A stretch of 64,000 bases of DNA from Podarcis vaucheri. Taxonomy: Eukaryota. The position numbers were made by a program, and so were the translations under genes. Every line of letters starts with the position of its first letter. The first letter of the stretch is position 1. A model generated the notes under the pieces. It was not told where the DNA came from. It ran no database searches and saw only the letters and a program-made list of their open reading frames with translations. The DNA lies in assembly GCA_965113315.1 (NCBI GenBank), contig OZ220372.1; one strand, given 5' to 3'. Below, one piece after another: positions 11,801 through 26,800 of the stretch.

Positions 11801-14800
11801 GCTCAGCCTGGTTTCCCAACTCTACCCATCTCCATGGCATCTGGTGTTAGCCAGCCATTGCTCACTTTGGCCACATCTGCTGCAGCAGCTGCTATTCCTG
11901 TGGGTTCAACTGTTGTCCCTAGCCAGCTTCCAACTCTTCTGCAGCCCGTGGCGCAGCTGTCCGGCCAGGTTCTCCCACAGCTTCTACAGCCATCTGTTCA
12001 GCCCATGGGATTGCCAGCCACACTGGGACAAACTGCTGAAGTACCACTTCCACCTACAGATGCTGTGTACCAGGTATTGTGGCAGTCAAGAAAGAGTCCC
12101 TCTCTTCTGCTCCTCTGGTGCTTTAGAGTCCGCTAAGATGTCCTGAAAAGTTACTTGCAGTCTTTGGAAGGAGAGGCCAAATGGTTTTTCTGTATACAAG
12201 GGAAAGTCCTGATTTCAAACCAAATTTGATTAGTAATGGTATTTTGTTTTTGCATTGGTAGTTTTTACTGAGGAATGAATCGTAGAATTATAGAATTGGA
12301 GGGCACCCTGAGGCTCATCCAGTCCAACCCCCTGCAATGCAGGAATATGCAGGTGTCCCATATGGGGCTTGAACCTGCAACCTTGGTATTATCAACACCA
12401 CACTCTAACCAACTGAGCTGGAAGAAGGGCCACAGTTTCCCCACTCAAATACCAGTGCAGGGTGGGGAGCCTGTAGCTCTCCTGAAGCTGTTGGGCTGCA
12501 TCAGCCCTAGCCAGCAGGGCCAATGAGGTATGATGGGAATTGCAGTCAAGCAACATTTGGAAGCTACAGGTTCTCCATTCCACTACTACCTTATGCTTGG
12601 GTGTGATGAGGGCATCTAGCAAATCAGGAGTTTCATCTCAGTTAATAGATTCAAGCTATGAGATTGCCAGGCTGCAGTGATAATTTGCTGGAGTGCTGGC
12701 CAGGCAGTTTTGACTGTCAGCTGGAGCACATCATAAAAAACTTAACAAGACTTAAATTGTGGAAGATACAGAAGCACCATGATATACACATGGCAAGCAA
12801 ACAGATTTCCCATGCTCCAGTTTTAGGGAAACATGTTGAACTTGTCTTCAGTAGACAGCACAACAAAAATAAATAACAAGTGAAACCTGTTTTTTGTCTC
12901 TGGGAAGAGACTGGCAAGCAGGCATTAGAAGAGATGGAGCCCTGTTGCTCTGACTTGACTGGGACCCAGTCATCTGACAGCTTCTTTGCAGACGTGGTAA
13001 CTTGATGGAGCATTTATAATTAAAAGGATGGGGAGGACCTTTTTAGTACACAGGTCGCTTTAAGGTCCCTTTAGTTGTGTGGTGCACTGCTGTTCCAGAG
13101 TGCATGATGGCTTGGGATTTAACATTGACCCCAAGGCAGTAGGCTTTGTTCCTTTTTAAAATAAGGTACCCTGGAAGTTGTGCAACAAATCTAAGGAGTT
13201 CATGGCAGGAGGGAGTTAAAAACCCTATGCAGCTTGCCTTGCATTCCCCCCCTTCCTATCTGTTTCATACTATTTCCCCCTGAATTACCCTAAATTACAA
13301 TAACTTGGCTTCCTCATTTATCGCAGGGCTTCCCACCTCGGCTACCAGCACAATATATTGGAGACTCAAACATTGCTTCTTCTGTGGCCTCTGCTTGCCT
13401 CCCTTCTGCAGTACTATCCCCTCCCTTACCCACAGATGTACTGGCTCAGCCAGGCTATCTTGCTGCAATGGTACAGCCTTATGTGGAGCAGAATGTTTTA
13501 GTTTCTTTGGGCAGTCTAGGCGGACAGGTTCAAGTGCCACAGCCTGTTTCCTGTTTAGCACAGCAGGTCTCATCTTCAGCTTCCCAGCAAACAGCATTAG
13601 AGGTAAATGGACTATGCATGTTGCTGTGTGTGTGCATTTTAAAAACTGAGTTTCAGGGCATGAATTTTGAATTCACTTCCATTTGGGGTAGCAAGCTGAA
13701 AAATCATATGCTAATCGTCAAAATGAATTTCTCTTACAGCAGAATGTGATGCCAATGTGGAGACCTTGTTGCCCCTGGCTATGCTGTTGGGAAGTGAGTG
13801 GGCCTCCCAAGATGCAAAACACTTGCTAGCACTTCTCTTCTGGCTAGTAATGCCAATCGTTGTATTGAAGACATGCTATACTCAATAGTCACTGGAAAAA
13901 AATCTCTCCTCAAACGTGTTCCCTGCAGCCTTGCTGTAGCTGGGGGAGATTTGAATGGACTTTGCACTCTGCATTGGCTTCTCTGTTGCACATTCTGCTA
14001 GTAAGATTTCTGGTTGCATGGCAAGCTGTAGTGCCACCATCATGTAGTGAATAAAATGGTTGACTTTCACCAGGCAACTTGTTTCAAATTTGCACGAAAA
14101 CCTCATTTGGGGTTAAAAATTTGAAATGTGTAGATGCTTTAAGATGTTCTAGAGAGAACAGTGTGCTTTTCAGCTTCTAGTTACCTAGATGGATTGACTA
14201 TGATGGGGCTGGAAAAAGAGCTTTTTAATGAGATGCATGAAGGGATTGCTTTATCTTTTGCAGAGTACTTCTGGAGTTACTCAAACAGCACCTGCAGAGA
14301 CTCAACCACCAGTGCAGCAGCAGCAGCCTTCGCAATCAACCCCATTGGTTTCCTCAATAGATAGGTAAATAGTAAATTATTGCTTTTCAACTTGGATCTT
14401 CAACTTTATCATTACAGACATGGTGCTTCTGTTAATCTGTTTCTGATTTGGGTGGACTCTTCGCATGTGAACTCTTAACATCTGCCCTCGACATCTAAGC
14501 TGGGGCATTGATCTTGTTTGACTCCAGTTCCATCATCCCTGACAATCAACCATGCTGGCTGAGGCTGATGAGACCTCTGGAGGGTCACAAGTTACCCATT
14601 TCTAATTGTAGCTGATTACTCCTTTCCTGAATTACAGCAAGGCTGATCAGACGCTAGTTGTACCAGCCTCATAATGTCCTAACTTAACTATACCTTACCT
14701 GTTGCAGCACCCTATTAAAAATGGGCTATGTCTTTCCTGAGAGTGACTCAAAAGGTGACTCTTTCTTAAAGCATGTAACATAGTGATTCCCAAACTTTCC

Positions 14801-17800
14801 CCCCTACAGACCACTTGAAAATTGGTGAGGGTCTTAGTGAACTACTTAATTATTTTTATGCTTGTTTATAGCAATTGTAATATGCTGCACTAGATGCTGT
14901 ATGTTTTTTTTAAATTGCATTTAATTGCTTCTTGTATTTCTTATATATTGTATATTATTGTAAGGCAACCCTCCATTTTTGCGAGGTTATGCATTATATT
15001 GAATGCGTGTAAAGTGGGGTGCGCGCGTGTATTACAATTTGAAGTCTATGGAATTAAAACTAATATAAAATATAAGAAATAAAAGAAGCAATGAACATAC
15101 AATTAATAATCAATACATTATGAATATTTAAGGCAATGAAAAGTACTGTTTCCCATGTTCAACCACAAATCCACAAACATACGGTGGATCACCTGAATGT
15201 GGATCACTAGACTACTAGTGGTCCACAAACCACAGTTTGGAAACTCCTGATGAAATATACAAGAGAGGCATTTAATGACTAATTAAAAAACACATTTGAG
15301 CCTCATTTCACTAATGCAGATTTAATCATTTTATCAGCATGTAGTGGTAGAATTTTCTAAAGAGCAGTTTACTTACATTCCTTGATCTGCTGAGAGTGAT
15401 ACTGGGAGGGGGGGTTACAGGTAAAAAATAGCTGATTTTTCCCCCTACTTGTTTTTCTGTAGTGCACATTCAGATGTTGCTTCAGGCTTAAGTGACTGCA
15501 ATGAAAGTGTTCCAGCATCTAGTGGTAGACATGAAGGGAGGACTACGAAACGGCATTGTCGGAAGTCAGTGCGCAGCCGCTCTCGGCATGAGAAGACTAC
15601 ACGTCCCAAACTGAGAATTCTTAATGTGAGTTTCTTTTGGTGATACTGCACTGTATAGTCTGAACTATGGTTTAGTGGTACATCTGAATCAGTCCGCTGT
15701 GTTTTAAAACCTCTGTTTTAGTGCATAGTGGGGTGGTTCAGACATAATACTAAATCATAGTTTCTACTAACTCTCTTTATTAGAGTAGGCAAAAAATCTT
15801 GGCTTTATGCAAGGGGAGGAGATTAGAAATGTTGCTTTTTAGTTAACAGCAAACTAAGGTTAGCCCAAACCAACATTATAAAGTATAGTTTGATCCAGGT
15901 TTGTAGGTAAGCTTTGGTTTGCTATTGAGTAGAATCTAAAGCTTCACATCTCACTTTGCATGCAGAGGAAGGGGAGGAGGGAGTGTATGAGCCAAGGGCT
16001 TGTCTCTGCCCTTCTTCATAACAACAACCCAAGGTTTCCCATTATATCTGAATTCAGTCACTGTTCTAACCTCTTGACAAATTGTTCTCCTGTGCTGCTT
16101 TTTCTGTCCTAAATTCTTATATTGGGTTATACTATTGTGTTTCTGTTTGTTTGTTTGTTTGTTTGTTTGTTTGTTTTGCTTAAGATGGCATATATTGAGT
16201 TGTGTAACTACCGTGTCCCCATCAAGCTTCCACCATATTTTAAGATTGTGTATGTATGTGTGTGAGGGGGGGGCAAGGGGGGAAGAGAATGGTCTTATTC
16301 ACATAGCGCTAAGCCATGGTTCATTTAACAAACTATGAGCTATCACATAGACAATCAAACCATTGCTTGTTTTCTGCAAGTTTACCTCCTTCTAGCTGCT
16401 CTCATACCTTTCTAGCTTGGTGAGCATCTGGGGTGGAGAGGCCAGAAAAATCATGGTCAAGGAAGGTGGTTAGTTCACACATAACACAAAGCCATATTTA
16501 AAAGAAACCAAGGTTTGCAAGTCAGTAACAAATCATGGTTTCAGATCCTGGTTTGCTGGCACTAAATGCACCATAAGTATACTACTGGCCTGTGTTTAAT
16601 AAACTATGGCTTCATGTTATGTGTGAACCAGACAACTCTGTCCCCTTGTAATGTATGGAATTTCACTTTTATGGGAGATGAATTCAACCCCCCATGCCCC
16701 TGAATGCCTTGTTCAGCCCCTTTATGGCTGTGAGGGAAACCCCTGGTGGTTCTTGATAATTTCATCTGCGTATTTTTCTGCCTCTCTATATTGCTCCCAG
16801 CCCATCTACAGCTATCATTCTCTTCCATTCTGTTTACTTCTCATCTTGAATAACAGAATTGTCTGTTCCAGGTTTCAAATAAAGGAGACCGTGTTGTGGA
16901 ATGCCAGTTAGAAACGCACAATAGAAAAATGGTTACTTTCAAATTCGACTTGGATGGTGACAATCCAGAGGAAATAGCCTCTATCATGGTAAGCAGTTCA
17001 GATGGAAGCTTAATTCTGTGTTCAAATATTAGCTTCAGTACCTAATATTTAATTGCTACTAAATTTGCTTTCTCCAAGTGCTTGTTTTTAGCACAGTTTT
17101 ATTGTAATTTGTCTGCTGAGTTTTCCACAGTTTGCTGGTTAACAAATGTTTGAAGTTGCTGCGTGTAGGCTAGTACTTGCTTAAATCAAACAGTTGAATC
17201 AACTTCTTTCTCAGAACTATCATTTCTTCAAGCAAACAATTGTCCAGCTGTTCTGCACTCAAGGCCATGATCCGGAAGCAGCAACTGGCTAGCCCAAAAG
17301 CAGAATGCATATTTTTATTTTTTTTGGGGGGGGAATCATACCTCTAATATTTGTTTCCATAACTACTGTAATGTTTGGGAAATGATATACAAAGTATTTA
17401 GTCTGCCAAGTAACATCATGGAAGGCCCCCAGTAAACTCCATGATTACTGAGAATATAGCTGCTCATCCTCTGTTTAGATTGGTCACCCCTCCCTCTTGT
17501 TATCACCGCAAGAGATGCAGTCACGTTTGCAGAAGACAGAAAGCAGCATATTTGGCGAGTGTCTCTGTGACCAAAGCTGGGCATGGTTGAGTTCACTACC
17601 TCACCAGTTTATTTTTTTATTTCATAAAGTTTATACACCGCTTGATTGTAAAAGAGAGAGAGAGAGAAATGCCTCAAAGTGATTTACAAAAGGTGTTCAA
17701 ACTAGTACTTGTAGATTGGAAGGCCAGTTTTCCTTTGTAGGATAGGAGAGAAAGCTCAGCATCTGTAACTGCTGTAGTTCTGCATAGTTTTCCTTTTGGT

Positions 17801-20800
17801 GCTTCCGCCTGAACTGTTGCTGTAACTTGCTCAGGTGAGTGGAAGGTGACATGCCTGTACTTACCACAATTCCAAATTTTATGCAGGTGCAAAATGAATT
17901 CATCTTGGCAATGGAGAGAGATTCATTTGTAGAGCAGGTGCGTGACATCATAGAAAAGGCAGATGAAATGCTCAGCGAGGATGCAAGTGGGGAACCAGAA
18001 GGTGACCAGAGCATGGACAGTATGCATAACCAGGTAAGGATTTATCTTACTGTTTGCACTCATACCTTCTGCCACAAGGTCTATACGTCTTTCTACTGCT
18101 CTGTCTTCCATCAAGCAATCTTGGCAAAAGTTATCTATCAACTTGAGCTGAAGTCTTATGAAAGCCATGAAATGACTTCTCCTTGGCCGCGTAAGCGGAA
18201 GGGAGTTCACAAGCCCCAGAGGAGGTTTACATAGAATTAAACCAGAATTTACCATTTCACCCAGACATGGCCATCAGTGTATTTAGTGGTCGAATGCTGG
18301 GATTATGCAGAAAAATAATCATTTTATTTGTTGCAGAAATTGGATGGAGACTTCAAACAGCCAGATCCTGTGTCTTCTATGCCACAAAGAATAGGTAAGG
18401 GCTATTGAATTCTCTTAACAATCTTCTATTGCTGGTTTGTATTCTAGGTGTAGTATAAGACAGTCATGGCATGATTCAGTACCGTGTGGTAGATTGTACA
18501 TATTTCAGTAGGAAATTGCACAACTATAATCTTACATTTTTCTCTGTTACTTTAGGTGTTCCTCCTAACTCATTGACTCAGGTTGTCCATTCTGCTGGAA
18601 GACGGTTTATTGTCAGCCCTGTACCCGAAAGTAGGTTACGAGAACAGAAATTTTTCACTTCTATCCCATCAGAAAGTGAGCTGCTTGATATAGGTGAGTT
18701 AATCACCATTCCCAACACAGCCTGCTCTTACCACTAACAGAATATGTGGATTTCAAGGAAACAGTTTTACAGGGCTTGTATCAATAATGAATTTATTATT
18801 TGTTTCTAAAGGCATGTTTGTCTCCATGTGTGCCTACCTGTGTGTTGGGTTTCTTCAGTGGCCCTTCTCAGTTTATCCAGCCAAATGAGCTGCAGCTAGT
18901 GGTTATGGGGGAGAGAATGTCCTTGCCTGGTGACCACTTTGGTGTCAGCTCCAAAAATAAAAAAATCCAGGCGGTTTAATTTGCTGTAGCTTTAACATGT
19001 TTTTATTTCATCTGACTCTTTTGTAATTTTTATGTTGGAATTTTGAATGGTTTTATTGTTTATTGTGAGCTGCATTGAGAACTTTATTGTAGGGTGGCTT
19101 GTAAATATTGTAAATCAAAGAAGGGGAACCATTGGCCTTCCAGATGTTGTTAGATACCAGCTCCCATCAGCCCCAGCTAACAGAGCCAAGGATGATGGGA
19201 GTTGTAGATCAGCTGCACCTGAAGGGCTGCAGTTTCCCCATCTTTGTGGTAAAAATCTATAGGTAAAATGAAAGTAAACCTACCTTCTTTCTTTATTAGC
19301 ATGGCATAAACTGTTGCCATCTATTTGAGTGTGGAGTACTGTGAAAGTTATACTGTTAGAAATAGAAAATTAGGATTCCTAGTCATAAAGGGGTATCTAG
19401 CTGCCTCTTGCATCCGTAAGCTATCTTGCATATATATGCTTGTTTCCAGTACTTTATAAGCCTCAGTGACGTGAATTTGTGGTAGTTCACCGTTGCTGAA
19501 ACCTGTGGGAGCAGGGGAATCAGGAAAATAACTAATTGTGCCACTGTGTTCCTCCTTCCCCCAAGTTTCCTTTAGGTAGAAAATGAAGAGGCAGTCAGTG
19601 CAAAAATCTGTTGCTATAGAAAGTACTTATGGCCTTTGATATCTTTCAGAAATCCAAGTTAGGCCCATTGATTTCAGTGGGGCTACTCTGAGTAAAACTT
19701 TGTTGACTACCACCCAGTAAGTTTCTGCAGAGAAGCTGACTTTACCTCTCTTCCTTGCAGTTGCTGCTTCTCCATCTCATGGCCCTGGAATGAATCTCTC
19801 TCACTCTGCATCTTCACTCAGTCTGCAACAAGCTTTCTCCGAGCTTAAGCATGCTCAGATGACGGAAGGACCAAGCACAGCCCCCCCAGTTTTTAACCAG
19901 GCTGTGCCACCTTTTCCATGCCTAAGTTCAAGCATGAATGGGGGGCTGCCACCAACATCAGTGCCTGCTCCTTCTGCCTCAGTTCCTTCCACCACTGGTG
20001 TTTCTTTACCAACAACTCAGTCAACAGAAAAAGTGACAGCAGGGCTTCCGTCGGGTGAAGAATTGCCAGGTTCCAGCTCTCCACCACCAGGGTTGCAGTC
20101 ACAGTCAATTAGCGGAGTGCCTTCCAGCGTCAGTGCACCTTCTTCTTTGTCCACAACTGCATCCCAGGTGGCTTCTGCGGTTGGGGAAATTGTTCCTAGT
20201 GTTAGCACCCCTGCTTCTTTAACATTGCCACAAGCCGGAACGACAAGGCCTAGCATTACAATATCGGGAGTTGTAGCACCAACTGCGACATCTCAACAGG
20301 TTGGTGCTGGCAGTGCTGCCACAGCCGATTCTCAAACATCGGTCCCTGTGTCTTCGGCACAGAGCGTGGTTTCGCAGTCTTCTCAGTTGAACACCAGCGG
20401 CTCTGTACCCAGCCTAGCTGAAATGGTGGTAGTTAGTGTGCTGCAGCCAAGGTCAAAAACCGAACCGTCACCGGAAAAACCACAGCAAGTCAGCGGAGGT
20501 GGACTGCCCGCGCCTGTTTCTGTACCTATATCTTCTGCAGTAGCATCAAGCATATCTAGCTCCATCTCGCAGCCACTACCCATCCCACCCACAGTTACCT
20601 CATCTAGCTTAGGTGCTGCAGCAGGTCCTGTTTCTACCCCAGTATTACCTGGCATTCTGCCATTGGCACAACTAGTAACGAATGTCCCTGCAGTCCAGCA
20701 GACTTTAATACATAGTCAGCCTCAACCAGCTCCATTAGCCAATCAACCTCATACTCACTGCCTGGAAGGGGATGTTGACAGCCAACCCAAAGCACCCGGC

Positions 20801-23800
20801 ATAGATGACATAAAGACATTGGAAGAAAAACTCCGGTCCCTTTTCAGTGAGCATGGTGGTGTTGGAGCAGCTCACCCATCAGTATCCCTGGAGACATCAC
20901 TGGTGGTGGAGACTACAGTTATGCCTGGCTTGCCAACAACTGCTGTTGCGCCCACAAAACCTGCGGCACCTGTTGCAAGTACCAGTATACCACCAGCCAG
21001 TTTGATTCTTGGTCCAACAGGCTTACCTATTGCGACTCCAGTAGCCACACCTGGGCAAGCAGGCACTCCAGTCACTTGTGTTACTACTACAACGTGCAGT
21101 ACAGCATCAGCAACAGCCAAATCAGGGACACCTCCTTCAAAGCCACCTCTTAGCAGGGCACCGGTAAGGAATCCAGTGGTCTTATGAATGCATTTTAAAA
21201 TATCCTAAGCTAGGAGCCTTCTAAGACTGACCTGGAACATTTAGCTGTTCCTTCCATGGCCAGTTCTGTGCATTTAGTGCTTTAATTCAGCTGTTCTTCC
21301 CCCCATTTGTTTTGCATACCTCTTAAGTATTGGTACATGCCATGACTTCTGGATGGCCTCATTGTGTACAAAACAAGGAAGAAATAATGTATCACTAGCA
21401 CCATGGGCTGTTTTCATTTCAATTCACATTCTGGGTGGCCAATAGCCATGGCACCTTCTTCAAATGCAAGGCAAACGTCTGACCAACATTGAGAGAATTG
21501 TTGCAGTTTGCTGCTGAGCATCAGTTTATTAAGATGTAACACATTGTTAGCTGTTTTTGGGTGGCCATATGAGGCCTGTTTTGTGACATGTACATTCAGT
21601 AAATAGAGAAGATGTTAAGTGCCAAAGTATGCAGTAGGTTTTGTAGTCTGATGGCGCACTTGCCATATTAACTGTAGTCCTATGATAAACATGGGCTGTG
21701 CTATCAATATAAATTCTCAGGGGAAACTACAGTTGGAAAAGAGATGGCTAAAAGATTTGTGGTGTTCACAGAAATTTGTATCAGATTGTGTAGAGTCAAT
21801 TGTTTCCTAAAACTGCCCAGTGTCAAAGTAGATAGCACTGACTTTTAGTTCATTCATGTTTCCAAAAAGTACTGTACACAGTGATTATTCCATACTGAAA
21901 TTTGTACAGCTATGTATTTTTAAGAGGGAGTCGAGAGAGTGTTCAGAGATCCCGCACCTTACCTTTTAAACTTTCATTTCTATTATTACATACGGAAGTC
22001 GCTGGAATGTTCTTTCTAACTTTGCTATGAGACTGATGTGCTTCATTCTACTGCCTCTTATCTAACAACTTTTTGGTAACTTAGCTGAGTTTTTCCTCAC
22101 ATTTTGCATGTTCAACCTTCTTTTAATAAAACACCCAGTAGACTGCTAGTTTTTATGAATTCAACTAAACCCAAACATGCACCATCAGTCCATTTGTTAG
22201 CTCCTTTTTACACTTTTGGTTGATCAGCCTTGCAAATAATTACAGTGACCGTAATCCACAAATACTTACTTTAGCTAGCCAGACCTTCTGCATGTACTTG
22301 TGCATCAAAGGATGGCTTGAGACATGCCATATTGCAAACTACTTGCATGGGAAGAGAGGTTTTTTCTCTCAGTATAGCATGGTGTGTAAGCAATAATACA
22401 CATTCAGTAGTTTCTATCAAAATGGCTACAACAGATGCTTTGTTGTAGAATGGTAATAGGTTTCTAAGCATGAATGCCATAAGATTGTAATACTAGGCAC
22501 TGTGGGTGTCTGTAATGTTTGCTGTGCCTAACTATGTCTCATGAATCAGTATCTGAGATAACAGCATTATCTTAAGAATTGTTTGGAGAAGACTGCTAAA
22601 AGTATTTTCCTCCACTTGGGACTATATCATATATGACACTATTTTATGCAGGGACCGCAATTAGTCTGCTGGAAAACTAGGTACAGTATTACGTGTTACA
22701 AAACAAAACTGCCACATGAGTTTACAAACTTCTGTGTAGAGCAGTTTTCATATAGGAAGGTATCATGAGTAGAAAAATGGTCCATGTATGAAATGAGTAT
22801 AAAGGCAACTCTGGCATTGACCTTTGAGAGCCTTTACCTAGTCTGGGTGGTATTCAGCTACGTTTTACTCAGAGTAGACCTGTTGAAATTAGTTGCTCCC
22901 TTAGTCACGTTCATTCATTTTAATGGCTCTATGATTCTGTGAAAACTTGGCTGTGTATTGCCTTGTTTAAACTGCCCTTAAATACGGGGGTTGGTTGTGT
23001 TCCCTCTAATAGCTTTCGCTGCACTTTGTTTACAGTCAAATAACCCAGATCCCACTATCAATCCAGTAGCCGGTAGGAGGGTAGGAAATCTGTACCAAGT
23101 GTTAGTGAGAGACAAGCAGTTGCCAGGGAGTGAGCAGAGAAGGGGCAACACTATAGAAATGGGAAGTCAGAAAAAGATGGCAAAGCATCCGAGTGCTGGA
23201 CCATGTTTTAGCATATCCCCATCTTCACGGATAATATGCTATTTGTGGTTGAGTCAAAGCACATTGTCTCAAAATTTGTTTCTATTTTGTTAATGGTACT
23301 CCTTCAGTATTAAAGCTTCTACAGCGAATTTTCTTTTTTCTATATGATGTTACAATCTTTTTCTTCTGTGACTGAACTTGAATTTTACCATCTATTCATA
23401 GGGGCCACTGGTAGGTTCTGAACTTCCAGCTGGCACTCCAGCCAGTGAGCAGCTGCCACCCTTTCCAGGACCTACACTAACTCAGGTGCTATATCTGCTT
23501 CTCTTTTTTTCCCTTTTCAAAGAGCATGTTTAAATTAAACTCTGTTGCATGTTACTTCTTTCTACACTTTTTTTTACACCGAGTAACCTTTTCTTTTATA
23601 AAAATTGAAATGGTTTCTTCATTTGATACTCCTTTTTTCCTTTGAAGATTGCTGTGCCCCAATGTCCAAGCACCACAAAGAAATAAAAGCTGCTGAACTT
23701 CATGAGCACTAGTTTAAAGCTACTTGTACTTTCTTGGGGTCAGCATTGTAGACCCAAAACAGCTGGAGGGCCGAGTTTGAGGATGCCTGTTCTAAACTAA

Positions 23801-26800
23801 CCTTACTCACCTCATCAGTCAATGCTGCTATGATATTTTCATGGCTGGATATGTAAACAAACAAACAAACAAACAAACTGCTGAGTAAATTATAGCAATT
23901 AAAGGTGTATTTTTATACTTTTACTTAGGCCTCTCTTTCTGTTTTCATACTATTCATTTATAACACAATGCTAACCATGCTTAAGATGTTGTAGGAAACG
24001 TAAGATGAGGCACACTTTGGGTAAGTGTAATGTCTCGTTTCCACAATGGCCAGTAATGGGTTTCATACCTATCCGGAGAGCAATTTCTAGGCTTTGTCCT
24101 ACAAACATGATAGAAAGAAACATCTCAAAAATATTAGTCTGATATTATGTGGCATTGCATGCCTAATAGCAGATATTCTACTTCCGTCGTAAGTTGATTG
24201 AGGTATGGAGTCATCAATACAAAGTCATGTATGATTAGAGCCAGATTCTTACATTTTAGTACTTTGGGGAAACAAAATGAATCCATGATGTTCTCCAAGG
24301 TCTGAAACAGATGGATGAAGTGTATAGGATGAAATTTAATGAATGCACATGAGCTGGTTCCTTTGATTCCTAGATTATTGGGTAGATAGAACAACTGTGT
24401 TTGCCTATGAAGGCTAAGGACTGGTTTATATGGAGGTTTTTATTGAGGTGCGAAGACATGGATTGAACGGATTTGATTGTAGTTGACTTTTGCATTGGTC
24501 ATATAATAACATCATGTAGCTTGTTTGCTTTCAACAGACATCTACTGAGCAGTAAGAAGTGATTCTTTTGGAAACTTTGTAAATGACAGTGCGTTAAATG
24601 TTGGATGGGTAGAAAAATGTAGCCCAGAGTATTATGGGAATCTGACATCTCAACAGTCACCTGACTGGCTCAAAGATGTTTGTATTAAGGGTGGAATTCA
24701 ACTAAGCTATATGCAGAGTAGACCAATTGAAATTAATGAACATGACTAATTTAGGCCCATTAATTTCAATGTTCTACTCTGAGTAAAGCATAATTGAATA
24801 CCTTACAATGTGCCCATTTATCTCTCCTCTTATTTCCTGCCATATAGCTGTTGAAAACTGGAAATAACTGTTCTCTGAAAGTTTAGTGCACCTCAACTCT
24901 GGGTATATATCATATCAGCAGCAGCCCATTGTCAGTTCACTTTATACACCTAAAGGAGGCTGTTGGCTACAAACATTTATTCCAATAAAATAGTTTCCAA
25001 GGTGCCCACACAGGATTATTCTGAAGGAGGCTTTGTGTCTGTGTCTTAAATGGCTGTGGGCTGTGGAATACACAACCACGAGTTCTGGACTCTTCACCAG
25101 GTTTCTTTAAAAACATGAAACTGATTAGCTTCCAAGAAGCTTGACTGCTTCATTGTATGTTGTTGTAAATGACATTATGGTGAAGTAAAGTCACATTCAT
25201 GAATGTTCTGTGATTAAAAGATGATAATATTGTGGTCTCCTGCTTAATCATTGAATTTCTGATGTCACTTCAGAATTCTGTTGTAGAATTCAAAATAGTT
25301 TAGACGTTACATGTATAGCAAGGTTTAAAGGGGCAACAGCTAACAACAGCTAATTGTTCCTACTTCCTGCAGTCCCAGCAACCTCTGGAGGACTTGGATG
25401 CCCAGTTGAGAAGAGCCTTGAGTCCAGAAAATGTTCCAACAACATCAGCTCCTGCCGGTGTAAGTTTTGCTGAATTAGTGACCAAAAAGTTCAACATGCC
25501 CATCTGCGTCTGCACTGCTTCTGTGTGATGGAAGCCCAGGGCAGAAGGGACATGTTTACTAAGGGCTTACAACTTGCAAGATTCGTTTCCAGGGGCTGGA
25601 GGGGTGAGCAGGAAACAGTTGGTTTCATTTGGCCCACCACAAGCTCTGGAGTACAAGTATTTATGTGGCTAATGAGGGAAGCAGGATTATTTGCTTAGAG
25701 ATGGGAAAGGTAGTCATCTCTTGCAGCTATGATGAGTGGAAGCTCCAGGGACAAAATAGATTATTGGCTTAGAACAAAGGTGTCATTGGTTTATTGCCTG
25801 TTTCCATACTGTTTGTTTTGTAGTATTTTAATTGTGGTTGAACCTGATTCTTGTGTTCTTTTTTTAAATGGAAAAGCAGGAGTGGTCAATGCAGATATTG
25901 TTGGCTACAACTTGAATCAGCCCCGGCTGTTGGCCATGCTGGCTGGGTCTGGTGAGAGTTGCCCTCCAGATTTTACTCAAATCAATCATGTTTACTACCC
26001 CTTCAGTATAAAATAGGCACCACATACCTTATTTTAGACTCCATTTATACATGTAGAGGTCTATGTATTCCTCCGTGTATGTGCAGGCCCCACATCATGC
26101 TATGCTCCTCATAATTACGTACACCATTCTCTACTCTTTAGATATATAAATATATTTCTGAGCTTCAAAAGTAATGAATGTTTTCTGAGAGAGGTTGTAT
26201 AAGCTCAATAAGTTAAACAGGAAGGTTATTGGTGGGTTTTCTTTTTGGATCTGGTGCCACAACTTTTCTCCCTGACATCTAGTTTTCTGTGTTGAAGTTT
26301 TTTGCATGTGGAATAGTATTCAGTCATGTGAACCTCCACCTGCAGCCCAGACACAACTTTACCATCTCAGTGAGAACTAGCATTTTCTCCCATCTATGAA
26401 AACAGGCAATGGAGTTGTATGGAAAACAAATTGTGTTATATGAAATATAAGGCCTGTACAGTGAAACCTTGGTTCTCGAACTTAATCTGTTCTGGGAGTT
26501 CGTTTGACTTCCGAAACCATTCGAAAACCAAGGCGTGGCTTCCGATTGGCTGCAGGAGCTTCCTGCACTCAAGTGGAAGCTTCGTCGGATGTTCAGCTTC
26601 CGAAAAGCATTCAAAAACCAGAACACTTCTGGGTTTTCAGTGTTTGGGAGCCAAAACATACGAGTACCAAGGCGTTGGAGAACCAAGGTATGACTATATT
26701 AGCAACAGCAAAGCTGTTTTTTCTTTTTTAAAAAATAATTTTTTATTAACCGGCCAATCACATCAAATCAAATCACATCACATAAATTCCGAATTACAAA

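Noticed and set aside
12350-12419. tRNA-Ile gene
   Set aside because: Degenerate acceptor stem and fusion to a CR1-like tail; related partial copies elsewhere in the window indicate a SINE.
19790-21187. 465-aa S/T/P-rich ORF as a mucin-like gene
   Set aside because: It is WNK1 exon 19, bounded by phase-consistent splice sites.
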